DNA of 40,433 nucleotides from Macrostomum lignano (Eukaryota): contig NIVC01004617.1 in assembly GCA_002269645.1 (NCBI GenBank), positions 1 through 40,433 of the forward strand, written 5' to 3'. How positions within the stretch are numbered: position 1 is the first letter of the stretch; the number at the start of each line of letters is the position of its first letter. The notes below the pieces were generated by a model. The model did not search any database, was not told the DNA's origin, and saw only the letters and a program-made list of their open reading frames with translations. Made by a program: the position numbers and the translations under genes. This document shows positions 11,888 to 24,739 of this stretch, one piece after another.

Positions 11888-12012
11888 ATGACTTCATCAA
11901 CCGTTGGCGAAGCGGCGGAGGCGAAGGGCGACTCGGCGATCGGCGTCGCAACCAGCTGGCAGCAGCAGCAGGTGGAGCTGCGCATCGCGGATGTGTCAGT
12001 CGAAATCGGCAA
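11888..12012 (+). CDS. Candidate upstream exon, possibly the 5' end of the neuregulin-like gene
   Basis: GC/CpG-rich unique island between two arrays, with ATG at 11888 and possible donor CAA|GTGATG at 12012/12013. Reading frame ambiguous; no domain recognised. Confidence 0.25.
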
Positions 12013-12119
12013 GTGATGGACGAGGGCTGCCTGCGGGACTGTACTTTTAACTGGGGTGGGGTGAATAAGTACTAGCCTGTTCCCGATCATCCTTTGCTAA
12101 CAACTGTTTTTGGTAACAA

Positions 12120-12812
12120 TCGATAGTCATCGATAATCCGCATTTATAGATAATCCATAGTTATCGTTAATCCGCATTTATAGATAATCCATAGTTATCG
12201 TTAATCCGCATTTATCGATAACCAATAGTCATCGATAGTCCATAATTGTCGAGAGCCCCGTGGCTTTTGATAATCCATTAGTTATCGATAATCCGCATTT
12301 ATCGATAATCTATAGTCATCGATAATACATAGTCATCGATAATCCATAGTCATCGATAAATCCATAGTCATCGATAATCCATAGTCATCGATAATACATA
12401 GTCATCGATAATACATAGTCATCGATAATCCATAGTCATCGATAATCTATAGTCATCGATAATACATAGTCATCGATAATCCATAGTCATCGATAATACA
12501 TAGTCATCGATAATCCATAGTCATCGATAATCCATAGTCATCGATAATACATAGTCATCGATAATACATAGTCATCGATAATCCATAGTCATCGATAATC
12601 CATAGTAATCGATAATACATAGTCATCGATAATACATAGTCATCGATAATCCATAGTCATCGATAATCCATAGTCATCGATAATACATAGTCATCGATAA
12701 TCCATAGTCATCGATAATCCATAGTCATCGATAATCCATAGTCATCGATAATCCATAGTCATCGATAATCCATAGTCATCGATGATCCATAGTCATCGAT
12801 AAAAAACTCTCG
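12120..12812 (+). repeat. 17-bp minisatellite (~30 clean copies plus a degenerate left edge)
   Basis: Unit CGATAAT(C/A)CATAGTCAT. Confidence 0.95.
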
Positions 12813-12929
12813 ATAATCCATACTTGATCCACAACAAAGAACTATTGGAAATCATTTTTTAAGTCATATCGCCAATTCTTAGTTAGAAACCTCGTTAATC
12901 CTTGGATAATACTTCATAAATTTTCCCAC

Positions 12930-13220
12930 AATCCTGAGCTGCAATATCCCAAAATCCTTAGCTGCAATATCCCACAATCCTCAGCTGAAATATCCCAAAA
13001 TCCTCAGCTGCAATATCCCACAATCCTCAGCTGAAATATCCCACAATCCTCAGCTGCAATATCCCAAAATCCTCAACTGCAATATCCCAAAATCCTCAGC
13101 TGCAATATCCCAAAATCCTCAGCTGCAATATCCCAAAATCCTCAGCTACAATACCCCATATTCCTCAGCTGCAATATCCCAAAATCCTCAGCTCCCATAT
13201 CCCAAAATCCTTAGCTATAA
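12930..13220 (+). repeat. 23-bp minisatellite (~12 copies)
   Basis: Unit AATCCTCAGCTGCAATATCCCA(A/C). Confidence 0.93.
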
Positions 13221-13402
13221 GCATTTGAAAACTGACAAAAAATCATTAATGAAGTGGGCACAAAATCGCAAGTTTCTTTCATCTGAGGTTTTTCAAGGCT
13301 GGAGTAGAAAAAGTACTTTGTCCATTTTTAAGAACCCGATCCTCAACTTAGCAGGGGTCAATCGAAACCCTACTAAAATCCTAGTAAGAATTGATTTTGC
13401 AG

Positions 13403-13457
13403 TCTGTCCTTGTGGCTCAAATTACACTGTCTACTTACTTCGTATTACCCTTGGCAG
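13403..13457 (+). CDS. Candidate 55-nt exon, possibly a hydrophobic signal/leader segment
   Basis: Strong acceptor GATTTTGCAG| and donor CAG|GTGAGC. All three frames are open; phase 0 gives SVLVAQITLSTYFVLPLA. Confidence 0.35.
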
Positions 13458-13587
13458 GTGAGCAGCGCTGCTCAAATCGATCCCGAAAATCCAATTGCAA
13501 AATTGACTGAATAAAAATGCCCTGAAGCGGGCTTGAGAGCATCTGAAGACGGTAGTTGCTGGGCCAATTTGGCATTTTGCTTGTAGC

Positions 13588-13792
13588 TAAAGTTGCAATA
13601 ATTGCTGTGGGTGTGTCAAGCCAAGTTGCAATAATTGCTGTGGGTGTGTCAAGCCAAGTTGCAATAATTGCTGTGGGTGTGTCAAGCCAAGTTGCAATAA
13701 TTGCTGTGGGTGTGTCAAGCCAAGTTGCAATAATTGCTGTGGGTGTGTCAAGCCAAGTTGCAATAATTGCTGTGGGTGTGTCAAGCCAAGTT
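13588..13792 (+). repeat. 33-bp minisatellite (~6 copies)
   Basis: Unit GTTGCAATAATTGCTGTGGGTGTGTCAAGCCAA, nearly identical copies. Confidence 0.95.
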
Positions 13793-13819
13793 TGATCTCC
13801 AAGTGTAGCTTCCTAGATA

Positions 13820-15450
13820 GTGGCGCCAAGATTTATTTGAACCGGCGCCAAGATTTATTTGAATCGGAGCCAAGATTTATTTGTAATCGGCGCCAAGATT
13901 TTTTTGAATCGGCGCCAAGATTTATTTGAATCAGAGCAATCGGAGCCAAGATTTGAATCGGAGCCAAGATTTATTTGAATCAGAGCCAAGATTTATTTGA
14001 ATCGGAGCCAAGATTTATTTGAATCGGCGCCAAGATTTATTTGAATCAGAGCCAAGATTTATTTGAATCGGCGCCAAGATTTATTTGAATCAGAGCCAAG
14101 ATTTATTTGAATCGGAGCCAAGATTTATTTGAATCGGCGCCAAGATTTATTTGAATCAGAGCCAAGATTTATTTGAATCAGAGCAATCGGAGCCAAGATT
14201 TGAATCGGAGCCAAGATTTATTTGAATCGGAGCCAAGATTTATTTGAATCGGAGCCAAGATTTATTTGAACCGGCGCCAAGATTTTTTTGAATTGGCGCC
14301 AAGATTTATTTGAATCGGCGCCAAGATTTACTTGTAATCGGCGCCAAGATTTATTTGTAATCGGCGCCAAGATTTATTTGAATCGGCGCCAAGATTTATT
14401 TGAATCAGAGCAATCGGAGCCAAGATTTGAATCGGAGCCAAGATTTATTTGAATCGGAGCCAAGATTTATTTGAATCGGCGCCAAGATTTATTTGAATCA
14501 GAGCCAAGATTTATTTGAATCGGAGCCAAGATTTATTTGAATCGGAGCCAAGATTTATTTGAATCGGCGCCAAGATTTATTTGAATCAGAGCCAAGATTT
14601 ATTTGAATCGGCGCCAAGATTTATTTGTAATCGGCGCCAAGATTTTTTTGAAATCGGAGCCAAGATTTATTTGAATCGGAGCCAAGATTTATTTGAATCG
14701 GAGCCAAGATTTATTTGAATCGGAGCCAAGATTTATTTGAATCGGCGCCAAGATTTACTTGTAATCGGCGCCAAGATTTATTTGTAATCGGCGCCAAGAT
14801 TTATTTGAATCGGCGCCAAGATTTATTTGAATCAGAGCCAAGATTTATTTGAATCGGAGCCAAGATTTATTTGTAATCGGCGTTAAGATTTTTTTGAATC
14901 GGCGCCAAGATTTACTTGTAATCGGCGCCAAGATTTATTTGTAATCGGCGCCAAGATTTATTTGAATCGGCGCCAAGATTTATTTGAATCAGAGCAATCG
15001 GAGCCAAGATTTGAATCGGAGCCAAGATTTATTTGAATCGGAGCCAAGATTTATTTGAATCGGCGCCAAGATTTATTTGAATCAGAGCCAAGATTTATTT
15101 GAATCGGAGCCAAGATTTATTTGAATCGGAGCCAAGATTTATTTGAATCGGCGCCAAGATTTATTTGAATCAGAGCCAAGATTTATTTGAATCGGCGCCA
15201 AGATTTATTTGTAATCGGCGCCAAGATTTTTTTGAAATCGGAGCCAAGATTTATTTGAATCGGAGCCAAGATTTATTTGAATCGGAGCCAAGATTTATTT
15301 GAATCGGAGCCAAGATTTATTTGAATCGGCGCCAAGATTTACTTGTAATCGGCGCCAAGATTTATTTGTAATCGGCGCCAAGATTTATTTGAATCGGCGC
15401 CAAGATTTATTTGAATCAGAGCCAAGATTTATTTGAATCGGCGCCCAAAC
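13820..15450 (+). repeat. 22-bp minisatellite (~70-75 copies) with higher-order block duplication
   Basis: Unit GAATCGG(C/A)GCCAAGATTTATTT. The anchor AGAGCAATCGGAGCCAAGATTTGAATC recurs near 13933, 14180, 14407 and 14991. Confidence 0.96.
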
Positions 15451-15869
15451 TTATTTAAATCGGCACCGAACTTTGTAATACAGCTTCTTTAAATACTAAC
15501 CAAGAATAATGCTCATTTCTTACCTACCAACTACAAAAGAAGCATATACTAGGCCCAGTTCAACATTGATGTGACTCAAAAAGTCCAAAGTCATGCACTA
15601 GGAGGCACGTGAAGACAAAGAGATATACAGTAATTCTGTATGCAATCAGGGTTCTCACTGACTTCTGGCTCTGGATTCTTTTATTGGCGGCAGAGGCTAC
15701 CTGGTTTTTGCAATCATCATGTCTGTGAAAATGTGGCGCACAATTTTTCAACTGCTCTACTCACTCGAGTAGCAAGTTTCGATTACTGATTGGCGTACTT
15801 AGATGAATATTTAATATTTATACCAGATCATCTGCCACTTCCTTTCCCTTCTACTGCCACAAACCAACT

Positions 15870-15893
15870 CCCAGTCCTAGTCCAAATCCCAGT

Positions 15894-15927
<34 letters not shown>

Positions 15928-16222
15928 ATCCCAGTTTCAGTCCCAGTCCCAGTCCCAGTCCCAGTTTCAGTCCCAATCCCAGTTTCAGTCCCAGTCCCAG
16001 TCCCAGTCCCAGTTTCAGTCCCAATCTCAGTTTCAGTCCCAGCCCTATACCAGATCATCTGCCACTTCCTCTTCCTTCTACTGCCACAAACCAACTCCTA
16101 GTCCCAGTCCAAATCCCAGTCCCAGTCCCAGTCCCAGTCCCAGTCCCAGTCCCAGTGCCAGTCCCAGTCCCAGTCCCAGTGCCAGTCCCAGTCTCAGTCC
16201 CATTTTCAGTTCCAGTTCCAGT
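15870..16222 (+). repeat. (CCCAGT)n hexamer arrays inside a ~227-bp tandem duplication
   Basis: TACCAGATCATCTGCCACTTCCTT...CCACAAACCAACTCC occurs at 15821 and 16048, each followed by CCCAGT repeats. Confidence 0.9.
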
Positions 16223-16469
16223 CCTTCCCAATGAAATAAGTTACTGTACAAACAATCTGAGTACGGAACCGGGACAGTGCTAAATAATGCGTCTCACCAT
16301 CACCAGCACTGAGTCACTCGTGAGTGCGGCATTGCTGAGCAGCGGTTGTGCGGCGTGGTTGTCAAACAAGGCGGATCTTCCTCACACTTGACTTGTCCTC
16401 GGTCTGAAAGTAAAGATTTGCTATCACGGGTCTTCTTCTGCTACGCCCCTTGATTTGAGTGCGACTTTG

Positions 16470-17030
16470 GATTGGAACTGGGACTGGGACTGGGGCTGAA
16501 ACTGGGACTGGAACTGGGATTGAAACTGGGACTGGGACTGGGACTGGGACTGGGACTGAAACTGGGACTGGGACTGGGACTGAAACTGGGACTGGGACTG
16601 GGACTGGGACTGAAACTGGGACTGGGACTGGGACTCGGACTGGGACTGGGACTGGGACTGGGACTGAAACTGAGACTGGAACTGGGACTGTGACTGGGAC
16701 TGGGACTGGGACTGGGACTGAAACTGAGACTGGAACTGGGACTGGGACTGGGACTGAGACTGAAACGGGGACTGGGACTGGGGCTGGGACTGGGACTGGG
16801 ACTGAAACTGGGACTGGGACTGGGGCTGGGACTGGGACTGGGACTGAAACTGGGACTGGGACTGAAACTGGGACTGGGACTGGGACTGAAACTGGGACTG
16901 GGACTGGGACTCGGACTGGGACTGGGACTGGGACTGGGACTGAAACTGAGACTGGAACTGGGACTGGGACTGGGACTGAGACTGAAACTGGCACTGGGAC
17001 TGGGACTGGGACTGGGACTGGGACTGGGAG
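16470..17030 (+). repeat. (ACTGGG)n hexamer array, reverse complement of the preceding arrays
   Basis: ~90 copies of GGGACT with GAAACT/GAGACT variants. Confidence 0.95.
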
Positions 17031-17714
17031 TGAGTTTCGGACCGGCTCGCCCGAATGCAAAAATAAAACTCAGGCTCAGCTCAGGCCGGCACTAAAGATA
17101 AACCTGGCATTGCTCAGCGGTGCTCAGCGGCCACATCGCTGATCCTAAAGATTGCTCCACAAGAATCTACTAAATTAAAGTCGACCCACGCGCCATCAGC
17201 GCCAGCAACAACTACGCAGGTCAGAATTCGAGCTGAGAGGAATCCCATAGCGGGGGATCTCAGCAATTCGCCTCATCCGCAGCTTCTCAATCTTATCTCT
17301 TAAACGATCCCCGCGAAGTCGACGAACCGAGCGAAGCGATGCTAAAAATGATGGAGCATCTCTCGCGAAATCCTGCCGCATTACCCGACCCTCCCCTGCT
17401 CCCCTTCTCTCCCGAGCTCGAGTCCAGAAAGTTATTCGGAACAAAACTGGGGACAAAAAAGCAGCAATGAAAGAGCGGAGCAGACTCTGTCCTGGCGAAA
17501 TCGATTACAAGCATGGGCTGGCCTTGGAGTGGCTGTGTGACCAGACATTAGTCTGCGATATTATTGCGGGCTGCACAAGCATTATTATTTATTTATCTGT
17601 CAGTGCAGTGGCTGGATAATTTAGGGGATAAATTGGAAGAAAGTTGCGCTTCTTTTTTGAGGACAACTTAGAAAGTATGGGGCCAGGAGGGCTGAGAATG
17701 AGGAACGATGAACG

Positions 17715-18225
17715 AGAGGAGAGAGGTGAGAGGTGAGATTAGAGAGGAGAGAGCAGGGATGAGAGAGGAGAGATGAGAGAGGAGAGATGAGAGCTGAGAG
17801 ATGAGAGAGGAGAGATGAGAGATGAGAGAGGAGAGATGAGAGATGAGAGAGAAGAGAGGAGAGAGGAGAGAGAAGAGAAGGGAAATAAGAGAGAAGACAG
17901 GAGAGATTAGAGAGTAGCGAGGTGAGAGCAGAGATGAGAGAGGAAAGAGGAGAGATGAGAGAGAAGAGAGGAGAGAGGAGAGAGAAGAGAAGGGAAATAA
18001 GAGAGAAGACAGGAGAGATTAGAGAGGAGCGAGGTGAGAGCAGAGATGAGAGAGGAGAGAGGAGAGATTAGAGAGGAGCGAAGTGAGAGCAGAGATGAGA
18101 GAGGAGAGAGGAGAGATTAGAGAGGAGAGAGGAGAAATTAGAGACGAGCGAGGAAAGATAAGAGATGAGAGATGGGAGAGGTGAGATGAGAGAGGAGAGA
18201 TGAGAGAGAAGCGAGGGGAGAAGAG
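17715..18225 (+). repeat. Purine-rich GA low-complexity tract with internal duplications
   Basis: GAGAGGAGAGATGA-type units. The block AAGAGAAGGGAAATAAGAGAGAAGACAGGAGAGATTAGAGAG occurs twice (~17873 and ~17985). Confidence 0.9.
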
Positions 18226-18327
18226 AGGTGAATTGTTGTTCCAAACCGATAAGTCTAAAATTATTAGTTTCAATCGCCTGTCTGTGCTTTACCTTTGTGT
18301 TAAAAATCATTTCAACAATTGAGACAG

Positions 18328-18697
18328 TGCCATGAAGAGTGCCTGAACAAAAGTCTCTCAGGCCAGAAACTGAACCCGGCTACACTACTGAGCAGCCAGC
18401 CCAGCCAATCGGTGCCCTCCAAGCATCCATCAGCCCCTTCCCCGGCTCCCTCCCAGCAGTTTCCATCGCCTAAAAAGAGATTAAACCCAAAACTAGCGGA
18501 GCAGCCAGCAGCAAACTCAGAAGCCGGAGGAGTCGGAGACCACAGGGAGCAGCAGGCAGAAGCAGAAGACAGGCAGATGCTGGCAATTCTTTTGGCCGCT
18601 GCTTTGGCCCGGCTGGCGGGCGGAAGGTCGCCGCCGCCGCCGCCCCCTCAGGGGGTATCGCGGTACGCAATCGAGCTGGAGGTGAACTACGTCCTGG
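18328..18697 (+). CDS. Probable N-terminal-region exon of the neuregulin-like gene
   Basis: Open GC-rich frame with a Pro/Ser/Gln-rich stretch, ending VSRYAIELEVNYVL before a strong donor G|GTGAGT (phase 1). That end resembles a beta-strand of the NRG1-GGF/NRG2 N-terminal domain (recalled motif YLVKVHQVWAVK). The acceptor is uncertain (18324 or 18328). Confidence 0.5.
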
Positions 18698-18929
18698 GTG
18701 AGTGCCTGCCCCTCCCCCGAGTAGCGATCTCGCTAATTGAGGCGCCCCAAAACCAAGGTGTCCCTCATCTGGGAATTCTTCGGCAACAGAGTTGAGTGTT
18801 CTGGTTTATTGATGACTTTCCCCAGTAGCTTGGGAAATCACTGACTACCCACCCCGCGATTGGATTGGGGCTTGCATTATTGAGAATGAAGTGATGAGGA
18901 AGTTAAACGAAAACTCAGACAGAGAGACA

Positions 18930-19380
<451 letters not shown>

Positions 19381-20150
19381 GGACCGCAGCGAGAAAGAAC
19401 CGAGGCGAATCGCATAATGCGCAAATTATCGGTCAGTATCTCCTTATCGATGTGCTGAAGCGCCATGTAGCTCTGCAACGGCAACAGGAGGCAATTAGGG
19501 AGAATTTTCCCGATAGAAGAACTCGCCAAGTAGCAATTAGCGATAAGAGGCCTTGCGAATGGTTCTGAAAGCTGACAGAGTAACCGATCTGCTTAACGAT
19601 TAAGACAAGAGCGGACAGACAGAAACTGAAAGTTCATTAACCGGAGGGATTTCCCAGCTTCCTCCAGTGGCTCAACGCTTCATCTTGAGCTGTCGCGGCC
19701 TGTCCTGCCCCCTCCCTCTCTCTAAGCCGGCAGTAATTAAGTGCTGAGCCAACACGCCGCCGTTGAGCCCGTGCTCAGCCGCTCAATGCTGTACTTTTTT
19801 CAATGAATTCTAAAACAAAAAACTTGCGCTCAGTCATCTTCCTCCGAGCTGGAAGGGCAACAAAAATTTGTTGGGAAATTTGTGGATTATGACTGAGATT
19901 ATTAGAGCTAATGTGGATTAGTGGGGCAATTTTAGTGGCGCTGAAGTTGCGCCTAAATCTTGGCTGGCACGCAATGACTGGTCGGATTAAATTGTCAAGC
20001 TTGCACAGCTGCAGCGGGACCTAAGATAACTTCAATAAAGCCTAATTGGGTAGCCAGGGGGCTGCAGAGGGCTCAAGTTGGAGCACATTTTTGATGGGTT
20101 GGGCGTGAGCTCAATTGTGGTTCACTTTTTATGAGTTTTTGAGCTTAGCA

Positions 20151-21045
20151 TTAGACACGGTGGATACCTGCTAGACACGGTGGATACCTGCTAGACACGG
20201 TGGATACCTGCTAGACACGGTGGATACCTGTTAGACTCAGTGGATACCGGTTAGACACAGTGGATACCTGTTAGACACAGTGGATACCTCTTAGACACAG
20301 TGGATACCGGTTAGACTCAGTGGATACCTGTTAGACTCAGTGGATACCTCTTAGACACAGTGGATACCGGTTAGACACAGTGGATATCTGTTAGACACAG
20401 TGGATACCTGTTAGACACAGTGGATACCTGTTAGACACAGTGGATACCTGTTAGACTCAGTGGATACCTGTTAGACTCAGTGGATACCTCTTAGACACAG
20501 TGGATACCGGTTAGACACAGTGGATATCTGTTAGACACAGTGGATACCTGTTAGACACAGTGGATACCTGTTAGACACAGTGGATACCTGTAGTGTTAGA
20601 CACAGTGGATACCTGTAGTGTTAGACACAGTGGATACCTGTTAGACACAGTGGATACCTGTAGTGTTAGACACAGTGGATACCTGTTAGACACAAGGAAA
20701 TACCTTTTAGACACAAGCGATAACTGTTAGACACAAGGAAATACCTTTTAGACACAAACGATAACTGTTAGACACAAGGAAATACCTTTTAGACACAAGC
20801 GATAACTGTTAGACACAAGGAAATACCTTTTAGACACAAGCGATAGCTGCTAGACACAAGGAAATACCTTTTAGATACAAGCGATACCTGTTAGACACAA
20901 GGAAATACCTTTTAGACACAAGCGATAGCTGCTAGACACAAGGAAATACCTTTTAGATACAAGCGATACCTGTTAGACACAAGGAAATACTTTTTAGACA
21001 CAAGCGATACCTGTTAGACACAAGGAAATACCTGTTAGACAAGAA
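20151..21045 (+). repeat. 20-bp minisatellite that switches to a 41-bp dimeric unit
   Basis: TTAGACACAGTGGATACCTG (~27 copies, 20151-20690), then TTAGACACAAGGAAATACCTT+TTAGACACAAGCGATAACTG (~8 dimers). Confidence 0.95.
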
Positions 21046-21764
21046 GGATACATTGTAGACACGGAGGTATCACCTGTCAGGCTGTCAGGCGGAGGCACAA
21101 CCTGATTAACAATTAATCACCCGCTGGACACAAGTGCCACTCATTTAGCTTCCTAAAGACGTGTTGCCTTGTCGTCAAACTAAAACTGAAGAAGAGTTTT
21201 CGACAAGAGTGGAAAAGTTAGCAATTAAGCTACCAAAAACTCATTAAATTGAACTCAGAACGAGAGGCCACTTGAAGCCTCGCACTGTTTCTTAGAAATT
21301 TTAACGGAATTCAATTTCATCGCATTGAGGCGGACTATCGTTAACTGTGGCCCAAATTTGTTAACTGCAAGGTTAATAACAGAATGAAAAAGGTGGAGAA
21401 AGGGAGAAAAAGTATTCCCTTTTTTCTAAGAAAGGTGATGAAGTAAATTTAGCCCGGTTGCGAGGGCGTTTGGCCCTCATTAGCGCCAGCGAGAGTCCTC
21501 TTGCTCTGGTCAGCCAGAGCAGCTCAGAGGCTACTAAGAGATGAGGCTACTGCAGTCGTTGTTCCAAACTCTGGCCTTGAGAATATCCTGCGCTTTTTTC
21601 AACAATGAGAGTTCGCGGTTTTTCCTCGAGATTGCTACAGTCAGAGTTGCTTATTTGGAAAGATATGGAGCATCGACTATACCTTCCAGCCAATTAATTT
21701 TCCCATATCTACCTTGCACTTGGCCTGTGTGCACTTTTTAGCACTCTGTCGATGCCGCCTTCTC

Positions 21765-21925
21765 ATGCATTTCTCATGTACATTTATCTTATGTCTTTCT
21801 CATGTACATTTATCACATGTCTTTCTCATGTACATTTATCTTATGTCTTTCTCATGTATATTTATCTCATGTCTTTCTCATGTACATTTATCACATGTCT
21901 TTCTCGTGTACATTTATTACGTCTT
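21765..21925 (+). repeat. 26-bp pyrimidine-rich minisatellite (~6 copies)
   Basis: Unit CATGTACATTTATC(TT/AC)ATGTCTTTCT. Confidence 0.85.
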
Positions 21926-22505
21926 TCTCGTGCTTTTGTGCCTTTCTCATATCTCTCATCCGTGCCTCTCTCATGTCTGCCATTCCTCTCGGTTCTCATA
22001 TAATTCTCTCAAATCTCTCACTTGTACCTACCATTCCGTCTGCCATAAAATTTCGCCATACGCCTCTTGTGTGCCATTTTTCCCAGTTTCATTTTATTGC
22101 TATGCCTACTCTCTTCTATGTTTAGCCATGTTTAAACTATAGTTTTAAAATACTACTAATAGCAAGACCGTCGTCATAACGCTAGAATTTCTACTGCGGG
22201 CAGTAGAGTGAACAGCGTTTTACTATTAAAAATCAATCACGTCAATTAAGATGGGAAAATCAATTAAAAGAATAACTGAATGAATTCTATTGAATCAAAC
22301 TGAGTTTACGTAACAGGTGGAGGAAGGAATACGGCTGCTCAGGAACCTGAGGACAGAAATCAAAATCTATAAATCAGGCTCTCGTTTTGATAAACTAAAT
22401 TTGCAATTCTTGACAGTTTCATTAAAACTGAAGGCTTACTCAGAGAATACATGATTTATGATTTGTGGCCTTCGCATTCGCTTTTTCTATCTATTGAAAT
22501 GCCCA

Positions 22506-23128
<623 letters not shown>

Positions 23129-23697
23129 CCAGATATTAAAATTAGCTTCATTCCACTGCTCAACCCCAATGATTGCCTGCTCACCCCAGTGGCTCGGCGA
23201 GCTCTGGGGCAGCTCATCAGTCCGGATGCCACGGAAGTGACAGGGAGAATCCGAGTGAGAAAGAGCCGGAGAAATGAGAATAGGGGGGCGTGAGAATACT
23301 CCTATAGCAGTGGCTTTGCAGGCTGACAGGTCCGTCCCGGCCCCAATGCGAGGAGGGCAGACGGGATGCTGGATGCTGAGCGCAGATCCCATGCAGTGGG
23401 CCCGCTTCCTACAGCCTGTTTGTCCGGGCAGCGGGGAGTTTCGTCCCAGCTCCCCTTTCTCCCATTCACTCTTCATTGGCTCGTCCAAAGGCCTGCCGCG
23501 CGTGCCCCGAAATCTCTTTTCTTAGTGGATGGGAGAAACAATCTGCTGCTGCTAAAGCAGACTGCTAAAGCAGGAACAGGCCTCACCGCCCCAGAGATCC
23601 TCACGGCGTCCTGGCTGACTTTGCCTGAGCTGTGCATCATCAGGGAAGTGAAAAAACAACAGACACACAGGAGAGTAATTGACAAGAAGGCGAGACA

Positions 23698-23890
23698 ATG
23701 AAGCCCGAATTGGCGCCGATACAGCCGCCAGCTTCCGGTCTGTCCGTCATCATGAAGCTGGACCCCCGCCTGCTGCCCATGCCCACCCAGTCGAGCCGCG
23801 GCGTCGGCGGCGGCGGTGGTGGCCACGGCGTTCATGCCGGTCACGGAGTTGAAAGCGAATTCGTGCACATAGTCTGGAGCCTGCTGGAGG
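23698..23890 (+). CDS. Probable exon immediately upstream of the Ig domain of the neuregulin-like gene (5' boundary uncertain)
   Basis: GC-rich open frame ...LSVIMKLDPRLLP...ESEFVHIVWSLLE. Donor GAG G|GTTTGT is phase 1, the phase the Ig exon at 24474 requires. An in-frame stop at 23680 limits the 5' extent. Confidence 0.45.
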
Positions 23891-23984
23891 GTTTGTGAAC
23901 GAATAAATCTTGACGGTTCATTTGACCATGCCGAATAGAGGCGCCGAGCCAAGAAAGGGTGGAAACAGTGAAGGGTGCCAATTA

Positions 23985-24370
23985 AATATGGCGCTTTCCT
24001 CAAAATAGCGCTTATCTCAAAATAGCGCTTACCTCAAAATGGCGCTTATCTCAAAATAGCGCTTACCTCAAAATGGCGCTTATCTCAAAATAGCGCTTAT
24101 CTCAAAATGGCGCTTATCTCAAAATGGCGCTTATCTCAAAATGGCGCTTATCTCAAAATGGCGCTTATCTCAAAATAGCGCTTATCTCAAAATAATGCTT
24201 ACCTCAAAATGGCGCTCACCTCAAAATGGCGCATTTCTCAAAATGGCGTTTATCTCAAAATGGCGCTTATCTCAAAATGGCGTTTATCTCAAAATGGCGC
24301 TTATCTCAAAATGGCGCTTTCCTCAAAATGGCGCTTAGCTCAAAATAGTGCTCACCTCAAAATAGCGCCA
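23985..24370 (+). repeat. 17-bp minisatellite (~22 copies)
   Basis: Unit CAAAAT(G/A)GCGCTTATCT. Confidence 0.95.
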
Positions 24371-24473
24371 TAAAAAAGCGCCACCTAGAACGGCGCTACT
24401 CTAAGGGCGCCACCATAATGGCGCCAAGCTAACGCACGCCACCGCCAACCCCCAATTGTCGCCGTTCCCGCAG

Positions 24474-24666
24474 CCTCGGAGCCGGAGGTGGTGTACCCGC
24501 AGGGCAACCAGATCAGCATCCGGCAGGGCAAGACTCTCATCGTCAAGTGCCGGGCCCGCGGCAAGCCCAACCCCAAGATTCTCTGGATCAAGAACGGCCG
24601 CAACCTGGTGCTGACCAGCAACGTCCGCATCGAGAGGGAGGAGGTCAACAGCGAAGACGAGACGCA
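24474..24666 (+). CDS. Neuregulin-like protein: Ig I-set domain, first exon
   Basis: Acceptor CCGTTCCCGCAG| (phase 1). Encodes EPEVVYPQGNQISIRQGKTLIVKCRARGKPNPKILWIKNGRNL, containing the B-strand Cys, G-x-P-x-P and C-strand Trp. Donor CA|GTGAGT, phase 2. Confidence 0.9.
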
Positions 24667-24739
24667 GTGAGTCACTCCTTCTCCCTCTAAAGCTATCTTT
24701 CAATCTCCGTCCTCTATATCAATCCGATTTTTAGTCTCC

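Noticed and set aside
15790-17142. VPVPVP / TGTGTG ORFs resembling low-complexity or antifreeze/Period-like proteins
   Set aside because: They derive from the CCCAGT/ACTGGG hexamer arrays, with no splice or codon evidence for coding.
20151-20690. RAG/Transib recombination signal heptamers (CACAGTG) in the 20-bp array
   Set aside because: No ACAAAAACC nonamer at 12- or 23-bp spacing and no transposase nearby.
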